From contig CAVTWJ010000020.1 of assembly GCA_963738405.1 (NCBI GenBank), positions 1 through 64,000 on the forward strand: a stretch of DNA of 64,000 nt, in the 5' to 3' direction. This document shows, in pieces, positions 11,371 through 21,178 of the stretch. This DNA comes from a candidate division FCPU426 bacterium. Its GTDB lineage: Bacteria; Oederibacteriota; Muellerivitia; Muellerivitales; Muellerivitaceae. The position numbers were made by a program, and so were the translations under genes. The first letter of the stretch is position 1. Each line of letters begins with the position of its first letter. Below the pieces are notes generated by a model that did not search any database, was not told where the DNA came from, and saw only the letters and a program-made list of their open reading frames with translations.

Positions 11371-12220
11371 ACTGGAATTGAAAACGAATCTTTCGTGGGC
11401 GGTCATTCGGCCGTTGTTAAGGCAGGCCCTTGAGGAAGACGGGGCTTTTAACGACCGAACGACCCTGGCGACCCTGCCTGGGACGCTTAAGGGAAGCGGG
11501 ATCATCCTCGCGAAGCAGGCGGGTGTTTTAGCCGGTATGCCGATCGTTGATGAAATGTTCCGGATGATTGACCCCAAATGTAAGGCGAAGGCTCTTGTTT
11601 CAGAGGGGAAGAGCGTAAAACCCGGTCAAAAAGTAGCGCAACTTTCCGGTCCCGCCAGGGGGTTACTTTCTGGGGAGCGGACGGCTCTCAACTTATTGGG
11701 CCGCTTATCAGGAATAGCCACCTTGGCCCGCGAAATGAGGCGTTTGATCGGCGTCGACAAGCTTTATGACACCCGCAAGACGACTCCTTTACTGAGGCCC
11801 TTCGAAAGGTATGCGGTGCGCGTCGGGGGTGGTCACAACCACCGGTACAACTTACAAAGCCATGTTTTAATTAAGGACAACCATTTGAAACTCGGGGGCG
11901 GGGTCTACGCTTGCGTCACCGCGGCCCGAAAAAAATACGGCCCTAAAGAATTTATTGAAGTGGAAGTTGAAACGTTTGACGAGGCGGCCGATGCTCTTCG
12001 CGCCGGGGCGGATATTCTTCTGGTCGATAATTCATCCCCCGCACTGGTAAAGCGTATCCTCAAACTGGTTGTGGGAAAGGCCCAAGTGGAAATTTCAGGC
12101 GGGCTCACGAAGGCAAATATCCTGAAATACAAAGGGCTGGCGGTCGACCGTTATTCCTCCGGTGCCTTGACCCATTCAGCGCCTTCCATCGATTTTTCGC
12201 TCGAAATGAACAGACCTTGA
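11360..12220 (+). CDS. nadC: Nicotinate-nucleotide diphosphorylase (quinolinate phosphoribosyltransferase)
   Basis: ERTALNLL, DTRKTTP, HRYNL, LIKDNH, EVEVE and EISGG motifs. Confidence 0.95.
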   Translation: MKAKLELKTNLSWAVIRPLLRQALEEDGAFNDRTTLATLPGTLKGSGIILAKQAGVLAGMPIVDEMFRMIDPKCKAKALVSEGKSVKPGQKVAQLSGPARGLLSGERTALNLLGRLSGIATLAREMRRLIGVDKLYDTRKTTPLLRPFERYAVRVGGGHNHRYNLQSHVLIKDNHLKLGGGVYACVTAARKKYGPKEFIEVEVETFDEAADALRAGADILLVDNSSPALVKRILKLVVGKAQVEISGGLTKANILKYKGLAVDRYSSGALTHSAPSIDFSLEMNRP

Positions 12221-13071
12221 GCCCTTCCGCGCGGCCGACTCGCGCCCTCACCCCCGAGGCCGTGCGAAAGGGACTCTTCACCCGTTTATTTGGAAAACCT
12301 CTTTACTGTTTTAATCAATTAACATCCACTAACGATCTGGCCAACGAGTTGGCCCGGGGTGGCGCTTCCGAAGGCACGACGGTTCTTGCGGAGACCCAAA
12401 CTAAAGGACGAGGACGCCAGGGACGCAAATGGATTTCTCAGGAGGGGAAGTCGCTGACTTTCTCGATTGTTTTAAGACCCTCTCTGCCACAAGAGCGTTT
12501 TTCCGAACTGACCCTTACCGCCGCAGTGGGAATGGCGAAAGCCTTGGAAAAACATGGGTTTCACCCTTCCATTAAATGGCCCAACGATCTGCTCCTTTCA
12601 GGGCGGAAAGTTTGCGGCATATTGACCGAAATTGGGCCCAAAAAAGATAAAATGACCTCGGCCATCCTTGGAATCGGCCTAAACTTAACCCAAAGACGGG
12701 GGGATTTTCCGTCCGATCTCCAGTCCACCGCCACCAGCCTTAAGATCCACAAGGGAAGAGCGCCTTCCCGTGAGGTTCTTTTGCGGGATATCCTTTTCCG
12801 TCTCGAGGAGGCTTACGGATGGGTGCGGGAGGGTAGGTTTCATCGAGTCTTAACCGAATGGCGAAAAAGATCGGTCCTTAACGGGAAACAAGTAAGAGTG
12901 GTTTTGGGTGGAAAGGCTTTTTTTGCCCAGGCTCTGGACGTGGATGAACGGGGTGCTTTGCTTGTGCGCACGGATGTCGGAACCGTTGAACGGTTGACGG
13001 TGGGGGAAGTTGAGGCTTTGCGTTTGAAGCCGGCCAAGCGCCAACCCATAAACAAAACAAAGAGAAAATAA
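12217..13071 (+). CDS. birA: Biotin--[acetyl-CoA-carboxylase] ligase, no N-terminal HTH seen
   Basis: STND, QTKGRGRQGRKW, KWPND, KVCGIL and GIGLN motifs. Confidence 0.94.
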   Translation: MSPSARPTRALTPEAVRKGLFTRLFGKPLYCFNQLTSTNDLANELARGGASEGTTVLAETQTKGRGRQGRKWISQEGKSLTFSIVLRPSLPQERFSELTLTAAVGMAKALEKHGFHPSIKWPNDLLLSGRKVCGILTEIGPKKDKMTSAILGIGLNLTQRRGDFPSDLQSTATSLKIHKGRAPSREVLLRDILFRLEEAYGWVREGRFHRVLTEWRKRSVLNGKQVRVVLGGKAFFAQALDVDERGALLVRTDVGTVERLTVGEVEALRLKPAKRQPINKTKRK

Positions 13072-13824
13072 ATGATCATCGCGGTTGATATCGGCAACAG
13101 CCGGACGGTCTCCGGGAAATTGATTAGCCAAAAGGTCTTGGGAAGGATTGTGGTCCCGACCCGTGATCTTTTAAACCTCTCCAAAGCTCAAAAATGGGCT
13201 CGATCTCTCGCGATGGTCTGGGGCCAAGGGGATGTGGTTATCTCCAGTGTGGTCCCCGAGGTGGATTTAAATGTCAAAAGGACCTGCCGTGAAATTTTTA
13301 ATCATTCACCCCTTTTCGTGGATGTCCAACAAAACCCAGGACTGCCGATCCATTACAAAAAACCATCCGAAATTGGGGCGGACAGGGTGGTAAATGCCTT
13401 GGCCGCAAAGACCCTTTATGGTGCGCCGGTGATTGTGGTGGATTACGGCACTGCGACAACCTTCGACATCGTGGATTCTCGGGGAGGTTACAAAGGGGGT
13501 GTGATCCTTCCCGGAATTGGGATATCCCTCCAGGCGCTTCACGAAAAAACCTCCAAGCTTCCCATGGTGCGTTTTGCCAAAGTCAAAAGACCTATCGGGC
13601 TTTCAACCCAAGAGGGGATTCGGTCCGGAATCTATTTCGGAACTTTGGGAGCGACCAGGGAAATTCTTTCGGGAATCCGCAAGCAATTAGGGAAGTCCGC
13701 TCCGGCGGTTGCGACCGGCGGTTGGTGCGGTGTTTTTCGCGGGAATTCTATTTTTCGCCATGTCAATCGGGACCTGACTCTTATTGGCCTCGCCCTTTAT
13801 TGGAAAAAACTGAAAAATGCCTAA
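13072..13824 (+). CDS. coaX: Type III pantothenate kinase
   Basis: DIGNS, SSVVP, IGADR, VVDYGTATTFD, GGVILPG and ATGG motifs. Confidence 0.95.
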   Translation: MIIAVDIGNSRTVSGKLISQKVLGRIVVPTRDLLNLSKAQKWARSLAMVWGQGDVVISSVVPEVDLNVKRTCREIFNHSPLFVDVQQNPGLPIHYKKPSEIGADRVVNALAAKTLYGAPVIVVDYGTATTFDIVDSRGGYKGGVILPGIGISLQALHEKTSKLPMVRFAKVKRPIGLSTQEGIRSGIYFGTLGATREILSGIRKQLGKSAPAVATGGWCGVFRGNSIFRHVNRDLTLIGLALYWKKLKNA

Positions 13825-16174
13825 CATCGAACAATTGGCGGCCGAGGCGGAGGCTTTATCGGGAATGCGTCAAAGGGAGTATGCCCGACATTTTTTTGTG
13901 TTTCTGGGCCTGGCAGCCTTTTTTGGGGGGTGGGTTGATTTCGTTTTTGGAAACCAGGGGCTCGGGGCGGCCGGGATTCTCTTTTCGTTTCTGATCATGG
14001 CGGGGTTGAACGGTGTTTTCCAACTTTGGGAGAAAACCAACCTGCTTTCTCTTTTCGCGGGGCTTTTGACCGGCGGGATGGCGTTTGCTTTATACCATTC
14101 GAGCCATTGTCCTTCCTTTTACTGGGGGGCAGACCCTTCCTTTTGGCTTTCAGTCCATGCGGGAGCCGTCACCCAGCCACCTTGGACGCCCCTTGCCACT
14201 CTTTTGGGGCAAGCGGCATGTTTCTTTTTTCCGCGTCATCAGTTCAGCATTCTTCCGGAACTATCCTCGCTTCTCATGTCCGCTTCGGTTGTTATGGCCC
14301 TGTTGCAAATGTTTCAAAATTTGCGCAATAAAAACCTCTTGAATGGGTTCGTCATATTTTTAGTTTGCCTTGTGATGACGGTTAGCCGGCCCTGGTGGGA
14401 CGCGGCAACCCGGGGCTCAGGATTGGTCGTTTCACTGGGGCTCTTTTTGGCGATTTCGCAGAGGGCCCTATTAAGATTAGAGGATAAACCCTGGGGCGCA
14501 CTGCACCTTATTTTGGGACTTTTGTTTTCAACCCATCCCCTCTGGGGTTTTTTGGGACTCTTTAACCACCTCACCCACCTCGAAACGGCGAACCCGCGCT
14601 TTAAAAGTCTCGTGATTCCATTCACGGCGGGGTTTTCACCCTATCTTTGGATCGCTCTTCGCGCGGGAAAATATTTTCCATCCTGGGGCGGGGGGGACCC
14701 TTTTGGCCAATCCTTCAAAGATTGGCGGAAGATTTGGGAAGACCATTTTTTCACGGACTGGGATTTGAGCTTTGCCTTTTATGGATTGGGATGGACGGTG
14801 GGCGTTTTGTTCCTGGTTCTAATATTTCTTTGGATATTACAATTTATCGCCTGGTCCTCCGGGAAAAGGCATTCGACCTCCCCGGCGGAGGTATGGTCAT
14901 TGGTTTTGGCTTCGGGATTGGGCTTGTTTTTCTTTTCCCTTTCCGGAAATCAGACGGCCTGCGTGGCGGCATGGGTTCCTTTTTCCCTGGGGTCCCTGAT
15001 TCTGAACTACGCTGAAAAGGGGTTGGAAAGGCCTTCTTCTAATTTTTTTTCGGGAGGTTTTCTGGCGGTTCTTCTAACGGTTTTGTTCGGTTTGGCCGGC
15101 ATGGTTGCTTTTTCCCAAGGCCAAAGCTGCTGGAGGCAAAAAGAAGACTTCCCGCTTCAACACGCGTTTAATTTGCTGAGATCCTTGGACCGCCGGACCG
15201 TTCTTTTCTTGGAAGATCCCTTTGAGGCCGCCGCTTGCCGGGAGGCCCTTTTGATCGAACCTCTTCAGACGCAAGCCGTACTTCTGGATACAAAGTATTT
15301 GAGCCAGCGGTGGTATGCCGCCCAATGTTTTCAAAAGGTTCCGGAATTGCTTTGGACGGACTTCGCTTCATCCCCTGGAAATGTGATGGAAAGCCTTGTG
15401 ACAACCAACCGGGACGATTGGAATCTCCAATGGGCGCTTTCCCAGGCGCCAGCTTCTTGGACCGGACCCAAAGTCGATCCGACGGTTTTAACCCTTTTGT
15501 TCGAGGGAAAGGGCGCGAAAGGCATGAAAGCGGAGGAAACCCAATACCGACTTGATCTTTCCTCAGTTCCGCAGGGTGCGGCTGTGGATCCTCAAGAAAA
15601 GCCCTATCTTGAAAGATATGCCCTGGGGTTCGAGGCCTTGGGACGATATCTTTTATCCCAGAGCCGGTTTTCGCTGGCGATCAAGTCGTTGGAACGCTCG
15701 GAGAACCTTGATCCAAGCCGGAATGAGCCGCGGGCGCTGTTATCACAAATCTATTCCCAGGACAACGTGTTGGAAGCCGCCCGCCTGGAAATGGAAAAAA
15801 CGGTCAAGGAACATCCCTCCCGCATCAAGATTCTGATGTCGATGGTGGAGGAATCCCAAAAGGAAGGGAACGAGTCCAAAACAGTGGCCCTGCTGGATGA
15901 AATGATCCGCCTGAACGCCGAACTTTCCGATGCGGAATACCAGTTGTCCCTTATCTACGATAAGTTGGGATATCCGGAAAAGGCCAAGGCGCTTTTGGAA
16001 GCGTCGGTAGAGTTGAACCCGCAGAAAGTGGATGCCCAGTTAAGGTACGGAAAATGGATGGCCAAACTGGGCAACCGATTGAACGCCGAAGAGGCCTTCC
16101 GCTCGGTTTTGGCGGTGGATCCGGTTAACAAGGAAGCCCAGGTGGAGTTGTGGAAGCTTTTAAACCAAGAATAA
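13817..16174 (+). CDS. Polytopic membrane protein, degenerate DUF2723/TMEM260-like, with C-terminal TPRs
   Basis: Many TM segments; TQPPWTPLATLLG resembles the HPPGYPLY motif of the next gene; C-terminal TPR-like repeats. Confidence 0.55.
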   Translation: MPNIEQLAAEAEALSGMRQREYARHFFVFLGLAAFFGGWVDFVFGNQGLGAAGILFSFLIMAGLNGVFQLWEKTNLLSLFAGLLTGGMAFALYHSSHCPSFYWGADPSFWLSVHAGAVTQPPWTPLATLLGQAACFFFPRHQFSILPELSSLLMSASVVMALLQMFQNLRNKNLLNGFVIFLVCLVMTVSRPWWDAATRGSGLVVSLGLFLAISQRALLRLEDKPWGALHLILGLLFSTHPLWGFLGLFNHLTHLETANPRFKSLVIPFTAGFSPYLWIALRAGKYFPSWGGGDPFGQSFKDWRKIWEDHFFTDWDLSFAFYGLGWTVGVLFLVLIFLWILQFIAWSSGKRHSTSPAEVWSLVLASGLGLFFFSLSGNQTACVAAWVPFSLGSLILNYAEKGLERPSSNFFSGGFLAVLLTVLFGLAGMVAFSQGQSCWRQKEDFPLQHAFNLLRSLDRRTVLFLEDPFEAAACREALLIEPLQTQAVLLDTKYLSQRWYAAQCFQKVPELLWTDFASSPGNVMESLVTTNRDDWNLQWALSQAPASWTGPKVDPTVLTLLFEGKGAKGMKAEETQYRLDLSSVPQGAAVDPQEKPYLERYALGFEALGRYLLSQSRFSLAIKSLERSENLDPSRNEPRALLSQIYSQDNVLEAARLEMEKTVKEHPSRIKILMSMVEESQKEGNESKTVALLDEMIRLNAELSDAEYQLSLIYDKLGYPEKAKALLEASVELNPQKVDAQLRYGKWMAKLGNRLNAEEAFRSVLAVDPVNKEAQVELWKLLNQE

Positions 16175-18357
16175 ATACGACCGGTCCCCAAACCGTCCCC
16201 AGCAAGGGTTTTGGCTGGCCTGTGGCTTATCTTTTTTTCTTGGCGCTTTGGTTCATTCTTTTGCGCGCTCAAAATCCCGGGTTGATGTCCGACGACAGCG
16301 GGGAAATGGTAGCCGCTTCCTACTGTTTGGGGCTGCCCCACCCCCCCGGTTATCCTCTTTATTGCCTTCTCGGTAGGATTTTTTCATTTCTCCCGGTTGG
16401 AAGCGTGGCTTTTCGTTTCAACCTTTTAAGCGGCTTTATCGGTCTTTTTTCCGTTTATTGGTTCGCCAAATCTTGCGTGGAATTAACTCGCTTAAAAGGT
16501 TTGGGTTTTCCCGATGAATTCAGATATTTGGAAGTTCTTGTGGGATTGGCGTCCCTGAGCCTTTTTTTCAATCGAAGCTTTTTCGCTCAGTGCATGACGG
16601 CCAAGGGCCTGGTTTACATGATTTCTTTCCTTGGACTTTCGGTTTTGACCTGGCTCAGGATTAAAACCGTCGAGGATAGGAGCGGCGTCTTTTTTAAGCG
16701 CAAGAAATTCTTTATTTTTTTTGTTTTTTTTCTTGGTTTTGACAACCACTGGCAAACCCAGATCCTGATTCTTCCTTTTATGGCCCTTTGGTTTTTGTTT
16801 GAACGGAAAAATTGGAATAGCGCCGAAATCATGACCTTCATCACGATTGCCATCATTCCCCTTTCGATTTATCTCTACCTCCCCTTGCGGTCTCAAAGGC
16901 TTTTGGAACCTAAGTGGGGGGATCCGGTCACCCTCCATCGGTTTCTTTGGGTGGTGGAACGCAGACTTTCTTCCCAGTCGGAAACCTTTATTCGGGGAAT
17001 CGACCATTGGCGGCTTTGGGGAGGAGAATATCTTCATTGGATGACGGATTATTGGTGGCCTGGTTTTTGGGCCTTGGGGCTCTTGGGAATGGGGGTTTGG
17101 GCCTATCGCGGGAAAAATCAATTATTGGCTTCGTTCTTGGCTTTCTACTTGGTCGTGCTTTATTCCTTGATGACGGTAGCCCGGGACGAGGTGATTTTTC
17201 TCCTGAATGTATATTTAATCGCGATTGCCGGGGTGTTCGCTCTTTGGGGTTTCACGGGCATGGTTTTTTGGGTAAGCCGATTTGAAAAACGATCAAAGCT
17301 ATTTCACGGGTTAACACTTCTTTTTTTAACCGCGGGAGTGGCATGGGGAGCCGTACGAACTTTCAATCTGGAAAATAAAAGCCGGTACACCCTGGCTGAG
17401 GATTTTGGGATCAACGTCTTGCAAGCTGTGCCGCTCGATTCAGTTTTGTTGGCCGACGGCGACCACTATGTCATGCCGATCTGGTATGAAAAGTATACCT
17501 GCGGTTTGAGGCCTGACATCCTTTTTGAACCCTCGGTATTTCTTTACCACGATTGGGGGTGGAAAGAACTATCCCTGGTTTCTGGGATGAAAGGCCAAAA
17601 ACCCATTCAGTACTCTAGCGACAACCTGCCTGGGAGAATCCGAGAACTGATCAGCCAACCTAGTCATCCCATCTGCTATTCGCTTGGAAGGGAAGATTTG
17701 GAACCGATACTCAAGGAAATAAAAGGTAAATGGATTCCTTCTGGACTCGTTTCGCGATGGGCTACCTCATCGCTTGAACCCTGGAATTCCATGGATGACC
17801 GGGTCAGCTTGGGGGAAATTCAACGCTTGAGGGGAGTCACCGAATGGCGATTGGATCCAGGCTTGGATTTTTCCAGCGGCGAGATATTGCGTTATTACGC
17901 CCGGCAGCATTATGAGGCGTCCCGTTTTTATCGGGATAGGAACCAAAGCTGGACCGCACTGCGTGAATTAAATCAGGGGTTGGAAATGCACGAGGAATCC
18001 TTCGCCTTGTGCGACGCGGGCGTCATTCTAGGCGAAATGGGCTGCGCCGATGCGGCAAGGTTATTGTGCCTGAGGGCCCTGGCCTTAGATTCGGACTATG
18101 TTCCGGGATATACAAACTTGGCAAAAAGTTATTTTGATGAGAACCGCTACGCAGAGGCCGCGCAAACCTACAAGAATTCGATCGAACGCTTCGGGGACGA
18201 TAAAATTTGGGAGGATGGACTCAAAAGAGCACAGTTCTTGATGGGGCCGGGAAAACGAAAACCGGCAGTCATCACAAACCGGGTCTGTGCTGATTTGGAA
18301 GTAAGGCTTCGACGGGACGGGATGGGATTCCTCGTCTCCGTTTTAAAAAACGAGTGA
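16150..18357 (+). CDS. DUF2723/TMEM260-like putative protein O-glycosyltransferase (GT-C) with TPRs
   Basis: DDSGEM..LGLPHPPGYPLY..RFNLLS and YLYLPLRS..WGDP motifs; exact start uncertain. Confidence 0.8.
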   Translation: MEAFKPRINTTGPQTVPSKGFGWPVAYLFFLALWFILLRAQNPGLMSDDSGEMVAASYCLGLPHPPGYPLYCLLGRIFSFLPVGSVAFRFNLLSGFIGLFSVYWFAKSCVELTRLKGLGFPDEFRYLEVLVGLASLSLFFNRSFFAQCMTAKGLVYMISFLGLSVLTWLRIKTVEDRSGVFFKRKKFFIFFVFFLGFDNHWQTQILILPFMALWFLFERKNWNSAEIMTFITIAIIPLSIYLYLPLRSQRLLEPKWGDPVTLHRFLWVVERRLSSQSETFIRGIDHWRLWGGEYLHWMTDYWWPGFWALGLLGMGVWAYRGKNQLLASFLAFYLVVLYSLMTVARDEVIFLLNVYLIAIAGVFALWGFTGMVFWVSRFEKRSKLFHGLTLLFLTAGVAWGAVRTFNLENKSRYTLAEDFGINVLQAVPLDSVLLADGDHYVMPIWYEKYTCGLRPDILFEPSVFLYHDWGWKELSLVSGMKGQKPIQYSSDNLPGRIRELISQPSHPICYSLGREDLEPILKEIKGKWIPSGLVSRWATSSLEPWNSMDDRVSLGEIQRLRGVTEWRLDPGLDFSSGEILRYYARQHYEASRFYRDRNQSWTALRELNQGLEMHEESFALCDAGVILGEMGCADAARLLCLRALALDSDYVPGYTNLAKSYFDENRYAEAAQTYKNSIERFGDDKIWEDGLKRAQFLMGPGKRKPAVITNRVCADLEVRLRRDGMGFLVSVLKNE

Positions 18358-18409
18358 ACTGTAGGGGCCCATTAAAGCGTTAAAAGGCTGGGTTTTCCCT
18401 TTGTCGCAT

Positions 18410-18418
18410 TGCTATAAT
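18410..18418 (+). promoter_or_regulatory. Putative extended -10 promoter of the pilT-che region
   Basis: TGcTATAAT about 45 nt upstream of the ATG. Confidence 0.4.
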
Positions 18419-18461
18419 AGGCCCGCAACAGGTGGTACTTTCCCGAAATCTAGGAGATGGA

Positions 18462-20765
18462 ATGGAACTTCAGCCCATCTTGATCTCAATGGTGGAAAAA
18501 AAGGCTTCCGACGTTCATATGAAGGCCGGAGCCCCTCCCATGTTCCGTATTGATGGAGACCTTCAGCCCCAAAGCGAAACCCCCCTGACGCCTCAAGAAT
18601 TGGCCGAAGTAGCCTCCTACCTGATGGATGAAAAACAACAACACATTTTTTTTGATGAACACCGTGAGGTGGACTTGGCCTATGCGGTGGAAGGTCTAGC
18701 CCGTTTTCGGACCAATGCCATGTGGCAAAGAGGGCTTCCGGAAATAATCATGCGGGTCATTCCGCAAATCATCCCCCGGATTGAAGACATCAATATGCCA
18801 ACAGCGATATTAAAACAAATCGCCTCAGAACAAAGAGGCTTGATCTTGGTAACGGGTATTACGGGGTCGGGAAAAAGCACCACCTTGGCTTCCCTCATTA
18901 ATGAGATCAACCTCAACCGCTCGGCACATATTGTCACCATCGAGGACCCGATTGAATTCGTGCACCAGGATAAAAAATGCAGCGTCACCCAAAGGGAGGT
19001 GGGGCTGGATACCGAAAGTTTCAAGTCGGCCCTAAAATACGTCCTGCGGCAGGACCCCGACGTCATCCTGATCGGGGAAATGCGGGACGTGGAGACGGTT
19101 TCAGCCGCCATTTCCGCCGCGGAGACGGGCCATTTGGTACTTTCGACCCTTCATACCATGGACTCCATCCAAACGATTGAGCGAATTCTCGATTTTTTTC
19201 CCCCCACACAGCAAAACCAAATCCGGGTTCAGCTATCAGGAACGATTCGGGCGATCATTTCCCAACGGCTGGTGGGGAAAGCCGACGGCGTGGGCGTGGT
19301 GCCGGCTTGTGAGATTCTTATTGCCACTCCCACCATCAAATCACTGATCGGGGAAGGCAAAATCAGCTCGATCCGAGGTTTCATCGCGGAAGGCCATAGC
19401 CAATATGGTATGCAAACTTTTGATCAATCCCTCATCGAGCTGGTTCGAAAGGGCATGATCACCAAAGAAAACGCCATGGAGCAAGCCACTTCCCCAAGCG
19501 AAATTGACCTTGGTTTGAAGGGTATCTCTTCCTCTAAAGCCTCGGCCCAATCCCTCATCTCCCAAATGGAAAACAGCCAGCAGAAGGAACGCTTGGGCGG
19601 CTGGTTGAAGCGAGCCCAGGAACTATACGAAAAGCGAAGGGTTGACGAGACTCGAGCTGAATTGAAGCGCATCCTTCAGGAACAGCCCGATCATAAGGAA
19701 GCCAACGCCTTGATGGCAAAAATCAGGGAAGCGGATGACCAGACGGAAAAGAAAAAGGATGTTTCGGGGATTATCAAAACGGCCCTTCAAATGTACCGGG
19801 AAGGAAAACAAGAAGCCTCTATCCTGGAATTTCAAAAGGCGCTGGAAGTGGATCCCGCCAACAAACAAGCCGAGGGGTACATCCGTTCGATACGTGGGGA
19901 AATGGAAAACCAAACTCAAGCCCGGGAGGCCTTCCAGGCGGCGGTTCAGGCTCAGCGATCGGGTGATTTGAACGCGGCCTTGGGACAGGTGGAGCAGGCC
20001 TTGGCATTGGACCCCTCGCACGAACAGGCAAAGGTTTTGCGCCGTGATTTGAAACTGGCGTCGCAAAAAGAACATGCTAGGGCGAAAGCTGCAGAATTCA
20101 GCCAGTCGGCCGTCGATTTGTACAAATCGGGGGATCTCTTGGGGGCCCTTGTGGCTTGGAACCGAGCCTACGAACTTAACCCAGATTTGGAAGACGTGGC
20201 CCGATATCTCCAGCAGGGAATTCAGAAACTCCTATCCTTTGGAGTGGAAGGCGTTGAGTTGAACCCCGAAAAAGAAAATGTTTTAGGCCTTTTCGAACAA
20301 GGGGTGCGTAGTTATGTTCGGGGTGATTTTCAGACCGCGATGGAGTTTTTCAAAAAAGCCTCTGGTAAAGCGGATGGAAACAGCTATTTGGGAGCCTATC
20401 TTCAAAAGTCCTCCCAAATGCTGGAAGATCAGATCAACGAAATTTTCCAAGAAGGCTGGCGGGCCCATCAGGCGGGGGAATTGCTGAGCGCCCAAAAGGA
20501 ATATAACAAAGTACTGCGTCTTTCCCCTGGCCACCCTGAGGTGGTTCGGCAATTGGGAACCTTGAAAACCCAAGTTCTGCAGGAGTCCGAAAGGCTTTAT
20601 AACGAAGGAAAAAAATTCTTTGATCAAAATGACATGGATCAAGCGGTGAGGGTTTGGGAGAAAATCCTGGAATTGGATCCACAGAATGAGCGGGCGCAGA
20701 AAAAAATTGAAGAAGCCAAAATAAAGAAGAATACCCTTAGCGGTATCTTCTCGAAGATCGGATAG
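18462..20765 (+). CDS. pilT: PilT/PilU-family type IV pilus ATPase fused to about 400 aa of TPR repeats
   Basis: ASDVH, GITGSGKST (Walker A), TIEDPIE, LRQDPDVILIGEMRD, AETGHLVLSTLH and GMQTFDQ; repeated AL(E/A)LDP TPR motifs follow. Confidence 0.88.
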   Translation: MELQPILISMVEKKASDVHMKAGAPPMFRIDGDLQPQSETPLTPQELAEVASYLMDEKQQHIFFDEHREVDLAYAVEGLARFRTNAMWQRGLPEIIMRVIPQIIPRIEDINMPTAILKQIASEQRGLILVTGITGSGKSTTLASLINEINLNRSAHIVTIEDPIEFVHQDKKCSVTQREVGLDTESFKSALKYVLRQDPDVILIGEMRDVETVSAAISAAETGHLVLSTLHTMDSIQTIERILDFFPPTQQNQIRVQLSGTIRAIISQRLVGKADGVGVVPACEILIATPTIKSLIGEGKISSIRGFIAEGHSQYGMQTFDQSLIELVRKGMITKENAMEQATSPSEIDLGLKGISSSKASAQSLISQMENSQQKERLGGWLKRAQELYEKRRVDETRAELKRILQEQPDHKEANALMAKIREADDQTEKKKDVSGIIKTALQMYREGKQEASILEFQKALEVDPANKQAEGYIRSIRGEMENQTQAREAFQAAVQAQRSGDLNAALGQVEQALALDPSHEQAKVLRRDLKLASQKEHARAKAAEFSQSAVDLYKSGDLLGALVAWNRAYELNPDLEDVARYLQQGIQKLLSFGVEGVELNPEKENVLGLFEQGVRSYVRGDFQTAMEFFKKASGKADGNSYLGAYLQKSSQMLEDQINEIFQEGWRAHQAGELLSAQKEYNKVLRLSPGHPEVVRQLGTLKTQVLQESERLYNEGKKFFDQNDMDQAVRVWEKILELDPQNERAQKKIEEAKIKKNTLSGIFSKIG

Positions 20766-20776
20766 AAAGGGAAAAA

Positions 20777-21178
20777 ATGAAACCACTTCTTATTGGAGGA
20801 GGATTGATCATTTTGCTTTTTGTGACGGCGCTTAATACCGGTATGATTTCCGATCAAGCGAACCAATGGATTCAAAAAAACCCCAAGGACCCCAATGCCC
20901 CACAGGTTCTTTATGACGTGGCCCGCTACTGTGATATTTTGGGGGATAACAACAGAGCTCAGTCTCTTTACGATGAGTTTTATCATTTATATCCAGAGAA
21001 CTCCTCCCTTTGCGCCGCCGCTCTTTATTACGAAGCCGACAATAAAGTCGAAACTTCAGCCGTTACCAAGGCTTACGCCGTTCCCATATTGGATACGATC
21101 ATCAACCAATATCCCAACGAAGAAAAATGGGTGACGAAAGCCAAAGCGCTGAGAGATGAGGTCACCTATGTTCATTAA
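20777..21178 (+). CDS. Small membrane-anchored TPR-like (BamD/CpoB-like) protein
   Basis: N-terminal hydrophobic anchor; NPKDPNAPQVLY, LYPENS and QYPNE helical-repeat signatures. Confidence 0.5.
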   Translation: MKPLLIGGGLIILLFVTALNTGMISDQANQWIQKNPKDPNAPQVLYDVARYCDILGDNNRAQSLYDEFYHLYPENSSLCAAALYYEADNKVETSAVTKAYAVPILDTIINQYPNEEKWVTKAKALRDEVTYVH

